The position numbers were made by a program, and so were the translations under genes. DNA of 63,312 nt, filler included, from Calcarisporiella thermophila CBS 279.70 (taxonomy: Eukaryota; Fungi; Calcarisporiellomycota), in the NCBI RefSeq assembly GCF_041956535.1. It is 4 parts of 4 records of this genome, joined end to end, with 100 filler letters (N's around TTAATTAATTAA, not from the genome) between each part and the next. Parts side by side here need not be neighbours in the genome. Positions count along the whole stretch, not along the records: positions 61,081 to 63,312 come from NW_027192293.1; 3 more parts are not named here. The stretch is one strand, 5' to 3'. The notes beneath the pieces are model-generated. The model was given only the letters and a program-made list of their open reading frames with translations, ran no database searches and was not told the DNA's origin. This document shows, piece by piece, positions 61,081 to 63,312 of the stretch (its first letter is position 1; every line of letters starts with the position of its first letter).

Positions 61081-63285
61081 TTGGAAATTGCCAGTAGGCC
61101 CATGGAGGTCCATAATGATAAATCGAGTCGGCAACGTGGAGTAAGTAATGGAAGGTGATCCTGTGCGCTGGTAAGTGATCCATACTTCCTCCAGCATATT
61201 CACTAGATACATCAACAACAAAGAGATGGCTGTGTTATATTTTTATATGCTTCAATAAAATATAAAGTGTTACCCTATATAGTGACGATAGAATAAGTAT
61301 AGACTGTCCTTAACTATTTGGATCTTTGCACTAGTCAATGACCAAGCAAGGCAGAGACGAACAGCTGAGACAAATTTAAGCCATCCTCTTAAGACTCTTT
61401 TAAAAAACATTACATTAATCGTACCACTTGAAACCCTGTAAAATCATATAAAAAAAGGTGAAATCCTCTACCTCGGAGGCATGTATTCTTTAAGAAAAAC
61501 AAGCGAATACAAGGCAACCCAGCTCTTCCACTCCTCCGCTTTGAACCCTTTGTTAAATTTGTAGATATCCCGGGGTGGCCTTCCAAAATCAGATGGGATA
61601 CTTTTTTGGCATTCGTTCATTGCAGCCCCAATTTGTTCCCATACAAAAGTAGGAAGAACGTGATCGGTGTTAATATCAACCGCCCCGGTGAATGGGAATT
61701 CGCCAGTCCAGTGTGCATACATAAGTGGAGCTAGAGTAAATATCAATCAATAAAGCTGACAAACAAATTTAAAAGATTAAGTTAAAATAGGAAAACTGAC
61801 CAACATTCTCGAAAAACAGATGCATTATATCTATCGGAAATGACCAAGGAATTGAGGTAGTACGAAGCTCTAAAAGTATCGTTCGTCTGTTAATTCCTAT
61901 ATTATAACAATCTCATGCATTAGTGGATATTCTTATGTGCATTTTTGCACCAGTTCCTAACCTGTTTCCCGAATTATTTCATCTTGCACATTTTTGGGAT
62001 ATTTCTTTGCCTCCTCTAGTTTTTGTAAAAATTCGAGACTCTGTTGATGTGATCTTAATGGTGGCAAGTCAGGGCCTTCAGGAGGGTAGTATATGTGGCG
62101 TTTATCACGGTGATATATACCTCGGATCGTACAAAACCGACAGCCATGATATGAATTATGATCAGTAAATCCAATAAGTTTTGTGATTGCTGGAATATCT
62201 CCAGACCAAAACACAGTGTAAGCCGAAAGAATAAATGATTTTTTTTCGTACCCATCATAGCATGAAACTCCATCTATATATCGGTAATAGTAAAATACAA
62301 TAGAATATATTAATATAATCCATTGTATTAGAGACACTAATATATTAGTGAATCTATTCCAATAGATTTTATAGATTATAAACCTTCAAGTTCCTTTAAT
62401 TCGTTTATGAGAGGCACCAAAAATGAATCGATATTTTTGGGTTGCTTGGGACCAGGAATCATCAATGCAATAAGGATATTTTCCTTCTTAACTCTCACCT
62501 CAGGCGAAAGATTATGATTGATCAAAATGACTGGCCAGCATTCATGAGTATTTCTAAAATAAAAGATAACCAATTGATAAGGGAACAGATCGAGTATAAC
62601 TATACTATATTAGCTTACTGTTTGTAGAGCTGAAATCCATCAGTCGATACAGATAACGCAATGTCACGAGGGTCTCTAAACATTCCATTCTGGACAAGTT
62701 CTTTGTAGCGTTTTCCATCAAAAATGTCGTTGTATTCATATTCTGGGGGAACTTGAATGGAAGTGCTGTAACTTGCTTGGCCGACATATCGTGCTCTATA
62801 TCTATTTGTAAGGGTTTAATATATAGTATATATAAATTTTTTACCAAGTTTGAATCAAGTAGTATAAATTGTGAAGGTCACAACCTCAATTCATTTGATC
62901 GTGCTGAATTTCTATATTGAACCCGAAATCGGTCAATAAGTGAAAAGTACGGAAACACTTTTCGTGGTTGCTCTTTACTAAGTGAAGGATCTGTTTTGTA
63001 ACGATGTTCTTGACAAATTGGACAATTAGTAAGATGGGCGTATTCGCGAGTGTAGGCAATACAGCTATTGATACAACAATCGATCAAAGCTGGCTTGATT
63101 CCCACTAGCGTTTGTAACTCTTTTTCAATCAAATAAGTGGACTCGGTACCAGTGTTTACTACTCTATTTATAATATTAAAAGCTTCTTTGGGGACTCTAA
63201 ACTCAACATTCACCTCAAGGAGTTCTATTCCTCTAATAAGGCTCTGTGCCAATTCGTCTATGTAATATAGCATGGTTAAAAACAT
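61081..63285 (-). mobile_element. CACTA/EnSpm (Tnp2/Transposase_21-type) transposase gene with spliceosomal introns, truncated by window/contig ends
   Basis: DCCINSCIAY..CPICQEHRY; DIFDG; ALSVSTDGFQ; WPVILIN.NL.PE.R.KKEN..IPGPKQPKNIDSFL.PL..EL..L; GDIPA..K..G..HN...GCRFC; IDIMHLFFEN; GFKAEEW. Confidence 0.9.
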
Positions 63286-63312
63286 AATTATAATAAAGAA
63301 CTCATAACAAGC

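Overview
Eukaryotic, intron-containing DNA, most consistent with an early-diverging fungus (Mucoromycota/Zoopagomycota-like; inferred from gene and TE types). The window is four sequence pieces (1-19912, 20013-50093, 50194-60980, 61081-63312) joined by artificial 100-nt N/TTAATTAATTAA linkers, so adjacency across linkers is unproven. Pieces 1-2 are AT-rich accessory DNA. They carry small secreted Cys-rich proteins (intact and pseudogenised), a copsin-like defensin, a Streptomyces-type subtilisin inhibitor, a possible beta-pore-forming protein, an MFS transporter, a secreted amidohydrolase, SDR, lipase and NmrA-like genes, and many TE relics (DIRS, Tc1, Ty3/gypsy, solo LTRs). Two candidate novel systems stand out. 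(1) A tRNA-derived SINE plus a putative partner LINE 3' end share a 3' stem-loop/poly(A) tail and inserted within ~4 bp of each other, head-to-head upstream of a tRNA-Thr gene, suggesting tRNA-gene-targeted retrotransposition (48090-50093). (2) An intronless three-gene glycan cluster encodes a GT31-like galactosyltransferase, a UDP-glucose 4-epimerase and a GT2 polysaccharide synthase (40255-47578). Piece 3 holds housekeeping genes: tRNA-Ala, a Rab GTPase lacking an AUG start, ERG10 and a Rim4-like RRM protein. Piece 4 is an intron-containing CACTA/EnSpm transposase. All calls come from reading the sequence by eye; no searches were run.
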